Shown here: positions 41,428 to 49,523 of the stretch, one piece after another
Layout of the letters: the number at the start of each line of letters is the position of its first letter
Numbering within the stretch: the stretch's first letter is position 1
IMG/VR virus record: IMGVR_UViG_3300049347_000001
Location: 1 to 61,186 of that record
Strand: one strand, 5' to 3'
Origin: a virus
DNA length: 61,186 nucleotides
Translations under genes and position numbers: made by a program
The notes under the pieces: model-generated
Databases searched by the model: none
What the model was told of the DNA's origin: nothing
What the model saw: only the letters and a program-made list of their open reading frames with translations

Positions 41428-41655
41428 TCAGGCGGCCTTGGCGCCGGACGGCAGCGCGGGAGGCTTGCCGGTCTCGAGCAGTTCACGTGTGTACTCGTCG
41501 CGGCGCCCGTGGGGAAGGTCGTGCACGAGGTAGCGGGCCTGCTTGCCCTTGCCGGTCTTCGAGATGCGCCCTTCGGAGGCCCAGCGCCAGATGGTGCCGA
41601 CGGGAACGCCCGCGTACCAGGCGGCATCCGAGGCCGTGACGTAGCCGGGAGGCAT
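41428..41655 (-). CDS. Excisionase-family (HTH_17) DNA-binding protein, 75 aa
   Basis: ATG 41655 with GGGGGAGGTGA RBS; YVTASDAAWYAGVPVGTIWRWASEGRI. Confidence 0.65.
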   Translation of the reverse strand: MPPGYVTASDAAWYAGVPVGTIWRWASEGRISKTGKGKQARYLVHDLPHGRRDEYTRELLETGKPPALPSGAKAA

Positions 41656-41680
41656 CGCTCACCTCCCCCAGGAATGGCGA

Positions 41681-41705
41681 GAGGCCCACCAGTGTGGCGG
41701 GCCTC
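41681..41705 (-). other. Stem-loop upstream of the 41655 start
   Basis: gaggccc-a-cc-agtgt-gg-c-gggcctc; too close to the next start to be a simple terminator-plus-promoter. Confidence 0.3.
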
Positions 41706-41723
41706 AAAGCGCACGAAGGCTAG

Positions 41724-41754
41724 TTGAGCAGAGCATGACTTCGGTGGTGCTCAA
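41724..41754. promoter_or_regulatory. Inverted repeat TTGAGCA-N17-TGCTCAA (same motif family as the 43.1-43.3 kb array)
   Basis: Read directly at 41724-41730 and 41748-41754, in the gap between 41788 and 41655. Confidence 0.4.
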
Positions 41755-41787
41755 GTGTCAAGTTGCGGTCGAGGGTTCGCGTGTCGC

Positions 41788-42294
41788 CTACTGCCGGTCG
41801 TCGTGGGCGAGTCCGGCGGCCTGGTCGAGGTAGCGGGTGGCGGTGCGGGCGGTGCCGTGTGCGTCGTTCCAGGCGGGCACGGAGACGGCGTCCGGGAAGT
41901 CGCGGCGGATGGCTTCGAGGAGCACGGTCATTGCCGTGTCGATGTGGCTGCCGCCGGCGCCTGCGGTTCGGAGGGCGCCGTACAGGCAGAGTTGGCGGTC
42001 CTCGCCGTGCATGGAGCCGGCGCACCAGCCGCGCTCCTCCAGCAGCACGCGGGCGTCGTGCAGGAGGGCGGCCACGGGATTGGTGTACGGGCAGGCCGCG
42101 GGCGGCAGGATCGGCGCTGCGGTGATGTGGGGGATGGCGCCGGTGTCGGGGAGGTGGGCGGTGTTGACCTCGAAGGCGACGGCGGCCTCGTCGAGGCGGA
42201 CGGTCATGGCGGCGTCGACGAGGGCGAGGCGCGCGTCGAGGTCGAGGGCGACTCGGGTGGGCCGGCTTGCTGTCGCCGCGGTGGTCGTGGTCAT
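41788..42294 (-). CDS. Hypothetical protein, 168 aa (DUF6197-like, from memory)
   Basis: Track ORF 41788..42426 trimmed to ATG 42294; ..LLEERGWCAGSMHGEDRQLCLYGALRTAG... Confidence 0.55.
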   Translation of the reverse strand: MTTTTAATASRPTRVALDLDARLALVDAAMTVRLDEAAVAFEVNTAHLPDTGAIPHITAAPILPPAACPYTNPVAALLHDARVLLEERGWCAGSMHGEDRQLCLYGALRTAGAGGSHIDTAMTVLLEAIRRDFPDAVSVPAWNDAHGTARTATRYLDQAAGLAHDDRQ

Positions 42295-42382
42295 GTGGGT
42301 GCTGCCTTCTGCGCGTTGGCGCGTGGTGGGTGGAAGGGGCGCCCCTGGTCGCTGCCAGGCATTCGAGGGGCGCCCCGGCGAA

Positions 42383-42628
42383 TCACCTCTCGCGCAGCGA
42401 GTAGCGCACGAGGGTGACGTCGGCAACGGGGATGCCCTTGCTCTGCGCGTACCAAGCGGTGAGCCCTGCGAGGAGGGATCCCACGGTGGCGCCGGGCTGC
42501 GTGTCGTAGGTGCCGGTGCAGTCCTGGGAGGGGTTGTTTCCGTTGCGCAGGGGTCCGCGTGTGAACGTGACGTTCCACGCGTAGCGGCTAGCGGTGAGCC
42601 GGGTGGCCGAGTTGCTGTAGTCGGTCAT
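42383..42628 (-). CDS. Hypothetical protein, 81 aa
   Basis: ATG 42628 with AGGAGAA RBS. Confidence 0.6.
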   Translation of the reverse strand: MTDYSNSATRLTASRYAWNVTFTRGPLRNGNNPSQDCTGTYDTQPGATVGSLLAGLTAWYAQSKGIPVADVTLVRYSLRER

Positions 42629-42662
42629 GGTTTTCTCCTAGTGGTGGGCTGGTGCGGGGTGG

Positions 42663-43067
42663 TCAGACGCGCCAGCCGCCGAGGCGGGGACGCTTCTTCG
42701 GGTCGGAGCTGTCGCGGACCTGCTTGTCGAGGCCGCGGAGTTCGGCGTGGTCGAGGATGGCCTCGTAGCCGGCCGGGAGCGGTCCGGCGACCTGGGGGGC
42801 GGCGTCGGCGATGTTGCGGATGCCGCGGGGCTTCTCCTCGTGGACGGGGCCGAAGTTCTGGCAGAGGGTTTCGGCGGAGTAGCCGGTTGCGGTGCAGGGG
42901 GTGCCGGTGAACGGCAGGTGGCCGGTGAACGTGTAGGCGCTGGCGAGCTGGGCGTCCTCGTAGGGGGCGCGGCGGCGATCGATGTTCATGACGATCCAGT
43001 AGGTCTTTCCGAGCTGCAGTTGGCGGGCGAACTTGCGGGCGTCGCCGCGGTTCCAGGTCTTGGGCAT
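42663..43067 (-). CDS. Hypothetical protein, 134 aa (first gene after the TGAGCAG array)
   Basis: ATG 43067 with GGAGCC RBS. Confidence 0.6.
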   Translation of the reverse strand: MPKTWNRGDARKFARQLQLGKTYWIVMNIDRRRAPYEDAQLASAYTFTGHLPFTGTPCTATGYSAETLCQNFGPVHEEKPRGIRNIADAAPQVAGPLPAGYEAILDHAELRGLDKQVRDSSDPKKRPRLGGWRV

Positions 43068-43104
43068 GGGTGTGGCTCCGATTCGTTTTTGTGGTGGTTT
43101 GTTC

Positions 43105-43260
43105 CTGCTGCTCAGCCCCGCTCAGCAGGAAAAGGTGCAGGCCAGGGCTGCTCACAGGTCTGCTCGGGTGCTGCTCTGAGCAGATGTTGAGCAGGCTGTG
43201 AGCAGCGGACTGAGAGGCTGTGACCTGCGTGTTCTCTTCCTGAGCAGAGCTGAGCAGGCT
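43105..43260. repeat. Dyad-symmetric array of TGAGCAG / CTGCTCA heptamers
   Basis: TGAGCAG at 43177, 43188, 43199, 43241, 43251 (variant TGAGAGG 43211); CTGCTCA at 43108, 43148 (variants CTGCTCG 43160, CTGCTCT 43171, TCAGCAG 43122); 10-12 bp phasing; orientation switches at 43177. Confidence 0.7.
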
Positions 43261-43290
43261 CTAATCAGGGGTGCATTCTTCGCGTACCGG

Positions 43291-45564
43291 TCACAGTAGG
43301 TGGCGGAGACGATCACGCTTGAAGCCCCGCGGGCTCTTCTCCTCGCCGATCGGCCCGAGCGTGATCGGCGACCCGGCGCCCGCCTTCTTCATCAGCGCCT
43401 TGAACGCATCGACGTCCATCTCGCCGTAGGCGTCGGGGTCGTACTCCTGCAGGGCGGCGAGCAGCGGCTCCGTCTTCATCCGGTCGACGTCCGCCTTGAG
43501 CATCACGTCCACCGCGCCCTGGACCGCAGCCCGCGCCGGACCGTCCGTCAACTCCGAACCGGCCGGCGGCTCGGCGCCGCACAGGCGCAGCAGATGCTCC
43601 CAGGTGAGGAGTTCGACCGGGGCCGGCTTCTTGATCACGCCGTCCTTGTCGTACTCGGGCTCGACGTACTCGGGCAGGTCAACGCCCCGCATCCCGTCGA
43701 GACTGTCCTGGTCCGGGTCGAGGAGCCCCGCTTCGAAGCGCTCCTCGGCGAGCTTGCGCAGCACGTCGGACGGCGTCTCGTGTACGGCGTACTCGATCGG
43801 CTCGTCAGGCCGTCCCGGCACGCCCTGCAGGTAGATGTGGCCCGCGTCCTTGGCGTCGGTGTCGGTGGCCGGGGACAGCCGGTGCGGGAGGTAGCCCTCC
43901 TTCACCGAGCCGTCGCCGAACACTGCGCGGGTGTCGCCGACCTTGCAGGGGCCAACCGCTTTGAGGGCCACCATCTGGGCGAAGTTCTCGCCGAGGTAGC
44001 CCTTCTGGCCGCCCTGCGAGGCGATCTCCAGCTCGATGAGTTCCTTGCGGCCGACGAGCAGCAGGTCGAACGCCAACTGCTTGGCGAGCGCGGTGCCCTT
44101 CGGGAACTCGTCGAAGAAGATCGTGACTGCCGGGTGGGTGGGGCTGGCTTTCCACTTCTTTCCCATGCCGAGCTTCTGCCGCAGCCGGGCTCGCGCCTTG
44201 GACATGACGAGGAAGAACAGCAGGACGGCTTCGATCTGTTCGTTGGTGCGGGCGGTGATCCGTACCGCGGCGCCGAGGTCTTCGAGGCCGTCGCCGTGCG
44301 GATCGAGGTCGATGGTGATGTTGTCGCGGCAGGCGGTGGTGCCTTCGGCGAGGGCTTGGAGGATGCCGGTCTTGCCGCCGCCGGAGGCAGCGACCCACAG
44401 GCCCATGACGCCGGCGAGGGACAGTTCGAGGGGGTCGCCGCCGACGCTGGTGCCGATGCGGAACCGGTCGGTGATCGACAGGGACTTGGGGGCGCGGTAC
44501 GGGAGGCTGGGAGCGGTGGCGAACGGGTCGCCGGACACGAGGCGCAGGATGGCGCAGGCGCGTCGGGCTTGGAGGGGCTGGGGTCGGACGCCGTTGGTGG
44601 GCAGGTCGAACTTCGTCTCGAGGTCACCACTCTTCTCGATGATCGCCTCGGGAGTGCCGTCGGAGACGCGGACGACGCACTGCCAGCCCCACGGCTGCCG
44701 AACCACGTCCGACACCTCGACGATCGGCACGTTCTCGGCGCGGACGGCGAGGAGGACGCACTGGGCGAGCTGGTCAGGCGTGTGCGCGTTCCGCAGAGGG
44801 AACGGCTTGGCGTCGGCGGCGAGCTGCTCGACGTTCATGACGACGCCGCTCATTCCGGGCATCACCGCTCCCCCGGCCGGGCCCGCCTGGAACGTGGCGG
44901 GCAGGCTGCCGGTCGGGGTCGTCACGAAAGGGATCTCCACCCCCTCGGCGGTACGCGCCGTGAAGGGGCGGCTGATCAGGTACCAGCCGTACCCGGCAGC
45001 AGCTCCGAGCGCGGCAAGAAGCACCGGCTGCCCAGTGGCGGCCTGTTCGATGGCCGCACCGAGGGCGGGAACGGCGGCGATGCCTCCACCGGCGACGATG
45101 GCGGCCCGGCTGGCCTTCTTCCCCGTTCGTGCGGCGTTGATCTCGCGGTCGGTGGGCGGGAGAAGCGGTGTTGCCTGCATCCCGGCGAGTCGGGCCTCCT
45201 CGGCGGCGACCCTGCCGCCGAGCGAGGCGAGCGCCCCGGCGTTGCCGCCGGTCTCGCCGGCCTCGGCGTGGGCCTTGGCCACGGCGAACCGGGCGTGGGC
45301 TTCGGCGACGAGCCGCTGCTGTTGAGCGATCCGCTCGGTGTATTTGCGGGTCTTGGTGTCGGTGGCGAGCTGGATGGCGGTGACCTGGTCTATGTCTCCG
45401 GTGGCGAGCCAGTTCCGCATCCGGGCGCCGACGTGGCCGCGCTGCTCAGTGAAGGCGACCTTGGCCTGCTTGCTGCGGCTCGGCGTTGATGCGGTCGGCG
45501 GCTCGGCGGGCATGGGCGGGACTGCTGGCTTCTCGACGGGGGTGGGTCCGGTCTCGGTGGCCAC
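43291..45564 (-). CDS. FtsK/SpoIIIE-family (TraB/TraSA-like) membrane-anchored DNA translocase, 757 aa
   Basis: Track ORF 43291..46245 trimmed to GTG 45564 (the upstream 227 codons are Arg-rich and overlap the next gene; hairpin 45592-45613 in the gap). Two TM helices, Walker A LWVAASGGGKTG, Walker B VTIFFDEFP. Confidence 0.8.
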   Translation of the reverse strand: MATETGPTPVEKPAVPPMPAEPPTASTPSRSKQAKVAFTEQRGHVGARMRNWLATGDIDQVTAIQLATDTKTRKYTERIAQQQRLVAEAHARFAVAKAHAEAGETGGNAGALASLGGRVAAEEARLAGMQATPLLPPTDREINAARTGKKASRAAIVAGGGIAAVPALGAAIEQAATGQPVLLAALGAAAGYGWYLISRPFTARTAEGVEIPFVTTPTGSLPATFQAGPAGGAVMPGMSGVVMNVEQLAADAKPFPLRNAHTPDQLAQCVLLAVRAENVPIVEVSDVVRQPWGWQCVVRVSDGTPEAIIEKSGDLETKFDLPTNGVRPQPLQARRACAILRLVSGDPFATAPSLPYRAPKSLSITDRFRIGTSVGGDPLELSLAGVMGLWVAASGGGKTGILQALAEGTTACRDNITIDLDPHGDGLEDLGAAVRITARTNEQIEAVLLFFLVMSKARARLRQKLGMGKKWKASPTHPAVTIFFDEFPKGTALAKQLAFDLLLVGRKELIELEIASQGGQKGYLGENFAQMVALKAVGPCKVGDTRAVFGDGSVKEGYLPHRLSPATDTDAKDAGHIYLQGVPGRPDEPIEYAVHETPSDVLRKLAEERFEAGLLDPDQDSLDGMRGVDLPEYVEPEYDKDGVIKKPAPVELLTWEHLLRLCGAEPPAGSELTDGPARAAVQGAVDVMLKADVDRMKTEPLLAALQEYDPDAYGEMDVDAFKALMKKAGAGSPITLGPIGEEKSPRGFKRDRLRHLL

Positions 45565-45623
45565 GGGAGCGTGTCCTTCCAGGGGTTGGGTGCGGGGCCC
45601 GGGTTGGCCCCGCCGGGGTGTGG

Positions 45624-46079
45624 CTACAGGCCGCCGAGGACGTTGCCGAGGGAGCTGACGACGGAGGCGGTGAGCTGGTCGCCCATAGCGCCGACGACGG
45701 TGCCGGACAGGGCGATGCCGAACAGGCCGACGAGGACGGCGTCCCCGGGCTTGATGTCGCGGTGCTTGACCCGGACGAACACGATGATCCCGAGGACGAG
45801 AATCGCTACAACGCCGGCTCCGATCACCCCTCCCGAGGCCTGGGTCTGGACCTGGTCGCCGTAGCCGGCCGGGGCCTGCTGCGGTGCCTGCAAGGGGGCG
45901 CCCTGACCGCCGTTGGGGGTGAGGCCGTTGCCGATGCCGGGCTGGGTGTCGGTGCGGGCGATTGCGATGACGGTCGTCTCGTGCTCGACGGCGTCGGCGG
46001 TGGCGATCGTGGCGGCGCTCCCGACGAGGGCGACAGCGGCGGCGGTCGAGACGGCGGCGCGGCGAAGAGTGGAGTTCAT
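45624..46079 (-). CDS. Secreted/membrane protein (signal peptide + C-terminal TM segments), 151 aa
   Basis: ATG 46079 with AGGAGA RBS; MNSTLRRAAVSTAAAVALVGSAATIATA signal-like; later GVIGAGVVAILVLGIIVFV. Confidence 0.65.
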   Translation of the reverse strand: MNSTLRRAAVSTAAAVALVGSAATIATADAVEHETTVIAIARTDTQPGIGNGLTPNGGQGAPLQAPQQAPAGYGDQVQTQASGGVIGAGVVAILVLGIIVFVRVKHRDIKPGDAVLVGLFGIALSGTVVGAMGDQLTASVVSSLGNVLGGL

Positions 46080-46102
46080 GGCGGGTATCTCCTGAGGGTG
46101 GG

Positions 46103-47473
46103 TTAGCTGGCGCTCGGGCGGGAGTTGTTGCGGCGCAGAAGCTCTGCGTGGGCGCGGCCGGCGGCGCGGGTGTAGCGGGGCGTGTCACCGGCTTTACGGA
46201 CGGGCGGAACGGGCTTGTACGAGGACCGGGGTGTTTGGATCGCACGCTGGGCGTTCGTGTTCTTGCTGAGGGTGTTCACGCGGGTGCCGGTGAGGGCGGA
46301 TTCGACGCGCTTTTCGGCAGCCCGGCGGGCAGTGATGGACTCGATGGACTCGCCGGGTTCGCAGCCGTGGATGTTCCGGTATGCGCGCGGCCACACGGCC
46401 GGGTCGTCGGGCTCCTTGCCGAGAGCGGCGCCGATCTTCACGGCCTCTTCCCACACCGTCTTGAACACGGTCTGTCGGATGCCGCGCAGTTCCTGCCGCG
46501 CTTTCTCGGCGGCCTGGTCCGCGGCCTCCTTCTCCGCCCGCTTCTCCTTGGCCTCAGCGGCTTGCCGCTTGGCCTCCTTGTCAGCCTGTTTCTGGGCGGC
46601 ACGCTGCTGCCGCCACGACAGCTTCCCGTCCAGCTTGCGGATGCGACCGTGCTCGTGGAGGTCCCACATGCCGGGGCCGGCGACCGAGGCCAGGGCCGTT
46701 CCGAAGGCGGTCGCCGGGTCGAAGGCGCCGAGCCCGTGAACGATGTTGATCGACGCGGCGGTCAGGGCGCCGACCCAGGCGACGAGGCGGTAGTGCCACT
46801 GCGGGCGCCCGTCCGTCACCGCGGCGGCAGCACCGACGAGAGCGACCAGCGCGATCACCTCGATGAAGAGCGGGGCGACGAGCAGGTACTTTGCGGTCGG
46901 GTCGTAGAACGCGGCCATCTGCACAGGGAGGGCGACCGCAGCGCACAGGGCGTAGAAGGCGAGGGCGACGTTCCGCCAGCGCGTGCCGGACTTCTCGACG
47001 GCCTCCGCCTGCTCGGCCTCGGTCTGCTGTTCCTCCTCGGCGTCCCGGGCGGCTTGCTCGCGGGCGCGGTCGGCTTCCTCACGGCGCCGCTGATGCTCGG
47101 CGATCCGTGCGTCGGACGCGGCCTTCTCTTCTGCGGCCTTGCGTTCGGTCCGGTCGTTGGCGAGGCGCTGCTTGCGGGCGTCCTCCTCGGCCTTGACGCG
47201 AATCGCCTCAGCTTCGGCTTCCGCCTTGATGCGGCGCTCTTCCTTCTCCGCTTCGGCGGCGAGCCGCTTCTTCTCCGACTCGGCCCACGCCTGGGCGCGG
47301 ATCGCTTCGGCCTTGGCCTGGGCGACGAGGTCGTTGTCGCCCGCCTCGGCGGGCGACGCCGGAGCGGTGGTGGCTTCGGCCAGTGTGGTGGGGGCGGCCT
47401 GTATGGGCTGCCAGTCACCCAGCACGGGCGGGACGGGCCTAGCGTGGCCGTTCACCTGCGGGCTGGCAGTCAT
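46103..47473 (-). CDS. Coiled-coil + polytopic membrane protein (DUF2637-like, from memory), 456 aa
   Basis: Trimmed to ATG 47473; EKEERRIKAEAEAEAIRVKAEEDARKQR coiled coil, then 4 TM (VALAFYALCAAVALPVQMAAF.., LLVAPLFIEVIALVALVGAAAAV, ..), basic C-terminus. Confidence 0.6.
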   Translation of the reverse strand: MTASPQVNGHARPVPPVLGDWQPIQAAPTTLAEATTAPASPAEAGDNDLVAQAKAEAIRAQAWAESEKKRLAAEAEKEERRIKAEAEAEAIRVKAEEDARKQRLANDRTERKAAEEKAASDARIAEHQRRREEADRAREQAARDAEEEQQTEAEQAEAVEKSGTRWRNVALAFYALCAAVALPVQMAAFYDPTAKYLLVAPLFIEVIALVALVGAAAAVTDGRPQWHYRLVAWVGALTAASINIVHGLGAFDPATAFGTALASVAGPGMWDLHEHGRIRKLDGKLSWRQQRAAQKQADKEAKRQAAEAKEKRAEKEAADQAAEKARQELRGIRQTVFKTVWEEAVKIGAALGKEPDDPAVWPRAYRNIHGCEPGESIESITARRAAEKRVESALTGTRVNTLSKNTNAQRAIQTPRSSYKPVPPVRKAGDTPRYTRAAGRAHAELLRRNNSRPSAS

Positions 47474-47527
47474 GGCGGATCGGTGTCCTCTCAAGTGGTG
47501 GGGTAGTGCTGCGCCAGTTCTCCACGA

Positions 47528-47576
47528 GCCCCGTGCGAGACGGGGCCCGCAGTCAGCCGGTCAGCGGTTGCGGATC
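47528..47576. repeat. Intergenic repeat cassette, copy A
   Basis: Hairpin gccccgt-gcgag-acggggc (47528-46), then cagccggtcag and ggttgcggatc (47566-76); shares blocks with 47851-47888 and 48080-48104. Confidence 0.5.
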
Positions 47577-47601
47577 CAGCGGCTTAGTGCGGGGTCGCCG
47601 T

Positions 47602-47799
47602 TCACCGACGACCGGGCTTCCAGCCGGAGCCCTGCGTCCAGCCACGGTCCTGGGCCTCGCTGACCATGGCGTTGAGGTCGTTGTGGAAAGCGGCCTCTCG
47701 CTTCCGATCGCCATTACGGCGGGCCTCCGCCGCAGCTTCGGTGGCGAGCTCCATGCTCTGCTGAAGGTCGGCGTCGCTCGTCTTCTTGAACAGGGGCAT
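47602..47799 (-). CDS. Hypothetical protein, 65 aa
   Basis: ATG 47799 with GAGAGGAC RBS. Confidence 0.55.
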   Translation of the reverse strand: MPLFKKTSDADLQQSMELATEAAAEARRNGDRKREAAFHNDLNAMVSEAQDRGWTQGSGWKPGRR

Positions 47800-47850
47800 T
47801 TGGGGTCCTCTCGGTTGGGGTTGGAAGCGCTGACGCGGTTCCCCTCAACC

Positions 47851-47888
47851 GGGTCCGTGCGAGACGGGCCCGGCGGGCAGCCGGTCAG
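47851..47888. repeat. Intergenic repeat cassette, copy B
   Basis: gggtccgt-gcgag-acgggccc hairpin, then gcagccggtcag; 14-nt (ccgtgcgagacggg) and 11-nt (cagccggtcag) blocks identical to copy A. Confidence 0.5.
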
Positions 47889-48064
47889 TCGCCGTAGTTC
47901 TCAGGGAGTCCGTGGCGGCGCAGCCACTCGCTCTCGTAGTCGCGGCGGCCGACCGCCTCGAAGGTGCCGCGGGCGTCATTCACCTCGTCGTCGGTCATCT
48001 CCGGCGCGGTCTTGTGTGCCCAGGTCTTGCCGGTCAGGTCGGGCCAGCGGTCTGCGGATCCCAT
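47885..48064 (-). CDS. Hypothetical protein, 59 aa (below track cutoff)
   Basis: ATG 48064 with GAGAGGACAC RBS; own translation MGSADRWPDLTGKTWAHKTAPEMTDDEVNDARGTFEAVGRRDYESEWLRRHGLPENYGD*. Confidence 0.5.
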   Translation of the reverse strand: MGSADRWPDLTGKTWAHKTAPEMTDDEVNDARGTFEAVGRRDYESEWLRRHGLPENYGD

Positions 48065-48100
48065 GCGGGTGTCCTCTCGGGTTGCGGATCGGGCGGCCGG

Positions 48101-48283
48101 TCAGCGCTCGTCGGTGTTGATGAAGCAGAAAGACGTGAAGGCGTGGGCACGGGGGTTGGTGGTGGCGTTGACGATGCGCTCGGCGTCGGCGACGTCGCCG
48201 CGGTTGATGGCCTCACCGGCCCGGCGGGCGACGTCCATGTCGACGGGGGCGGTGGGCTCGTGCTTGCGGCTGAACAGGTTCAC
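48101..48283 (-). CDS. Hypothetical protein, 60 aa
   Basis: GTG 48283 with GAGAGGAC RBS. Confidence 0.5.
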   Translation of the reverse strand: MNLFSRKHEPTAPVDMDVARRAGEAINRGDVADAERIVNATTNPRAHAFTSFCFINTDER

Positions 48284-48323
48284 GTCGGGTCCTCTCGGTC
48301 GATTCGAACGGGACAGGGGCAGT

Positions 48324-48500
48324 TCAGGCGGCGGCGGGGAGGTGCAGGCCGCGGATCTCGTCCATGAGGGAGGTCTCGTCGGGGTGGTTGGCGTCGTACT
48401 CGATGGCGGCGAGGCCGATCTCCATGGCGCGGTCGTAGTCGCCGGAGGCTCGGGCGGACCGGTACTCGGCGAGGAAGGCGGAACGGGTCTGACTGGACAT
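48324..48500 (-). CDS. Hypothetical protein, 58 aa
   Basis: Track ORF 48324..48581 trimmed to ATG 48500 (GAAAGG RBS); MSSQTRSAFLAEYRSARASGDYDRAMEIGL... Confidence 0.45.
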   Translation of the reverse strand: MSSQTRSAFLAEYRSARASGDYDRAMEIGLAAIEYDANHPDETSLMDEIRGLHLPAAA

Positions 48501-48667
48501 GGCGGGGCCTTTCGGGCGTGGTGTGAGGTGGGAGCCGTGCCGGCGGGGGCCGCGGGGGATTCGGAACTTCCCCGCCGACACGGCGATCAGGGGTTAGCGC
48601 GGGCGGTTTTCGCTGCGCTCGTTGGCCTCACGGACCTTGCGGAGGAGTTCGGCACGCTCGGAGTCCG

Positions 48668-48886
48668 TCACGACGGGCCTCCCGCATGCCGGGCCTCTTC
48701 TTCACGGAGCTTCCGGCGCAGGTACTCGGCGTGCCATTCGGGGTCACCCTCGTCGAGGAAGCCCTTCAGGGTGGCGCGCACCCAGCCGGCCCGGTCGGCC
48801 AGCCGCCGCTCGTAGCGGTCGACGCTGTACGGCACGGTCAGCGCCTCCTGCACGGCGACGAGAAGCTCACGCTCGGCCGGGCTCAC
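48668..48886 (-). CDS. Hypothetical protein, 72 aa
   Basis: Track ORF 48668..48985 trimmed to GTG 48886 (GTGA overlap with the micro-ORF stop); the longer N-terminus has poor GC3. Confidence 0.5.
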   Translation of the reverse strand: MSPAERELLVAVQEALTVPYSVDRYERRLADRAGWVRATLKGFLDEGDPEWHAEYLRRKLREEEARHAGGPS

Positions 48887-48969
48887 GACGCCACCACCGT
48901 CGGGTACGGGTGCGGGCCGCGGGGGCGTCGAGGAAGCTCGTCCTTCGTCTTGCCGTGGTCCTCGGCCAT
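48883..48969 (-). CDS. Micro-ORF, 28 aa
   Basis: ATG 48969 in ATGA overlap with upstream stop; own translation MAEDHGKTKDELPRRPRGPHPYPTVVAS*; high GC3; bridges two coupled genes. Confidence 0.3.
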   Translation of the reverse strand: MAEDHGKTKDELPRRPRGPHPYPTVVAS

Positions 48970-49523
48970 CACTCGGCCACCTCAATCAGGTCCAGGCGGC
49001 CGGCGGCGGCGAGCTGGCAGCGGCACATCGCCATCTCGTCCTGCGCGGCCAGGCAACCGTCGAAGTCGGCGGACTCGGCCAGAGCGCGGCAGTGCTCGGA
49101 AGCCGCCCGGTAGCGGGCCACGGCGACGACGGGCACGTCGGTGCGGTAGCCGGTCTCGGGGTCGTCCTCGATGTCGGTGACGACTTCGACGGAGCCGACG
49201 CCGGGAACCTGCACGGTGAGGGTGATCTCGGTGGCCGTCCAGGTGGCGGAGCCGTCGGAGGCGGAGTGCTGGACCTGGCGGGTGGTGACGGTGCCGCCAA
49301 CCCGCTCGAAGATGTCGTTCAGCTCCATCTGCGACCAGGCCGTCAGGTACGTGGCCGTCTCGCCGAGGTGAGCGTTCGGCTTCCATCCGTGATCGAAGCC
49401 GAGGGCGGCCCGAACCTTCTCGATCGTCGCAGCGTCCGGCGTGGTGAGCGCCAACTCCAGACGGCGCACGACGTGCTCGGCGAGGGACGACAGTGGAGCG
49501 ATGGGAAGGGTCGAGGTGCTCAT
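48969..49523 (-). CDS. Hypothetical protein, 184 aa
   Basis: Track ORF trimmed to ATG 49523 (ATGA overlap with stop at 49520). Confidence 0.6.
   Translation of the reverse strand: MSTSTLPIAPLSSLAEHVVRRLELALTTPDAATIEKVRAALGFDHGWKPNAHLGETATYLTAWSQMELNDIFERVGGTVTTRQVQHSASDGSATWTATEITLTVQVPGVGSVEVVTDIEDDPETGYRTDVPVVAVARYRAASEHCRALAESADFDGCLAAQDEMAMCRCQLAAAGRLDLIEVAE

Noticed and set aside
45565-46245. N-terminal 227 codons of track ORF 43291..46245 (984 aa).
   Set aside because: The extension is Arg/Pro-rich, overlaps the well-supported membrane-protein gene 45624..46079 in another frame, and crosses a hairpin-containing gap. GTG 45564 gives a sensible TM-anchored FtsK-like protein.
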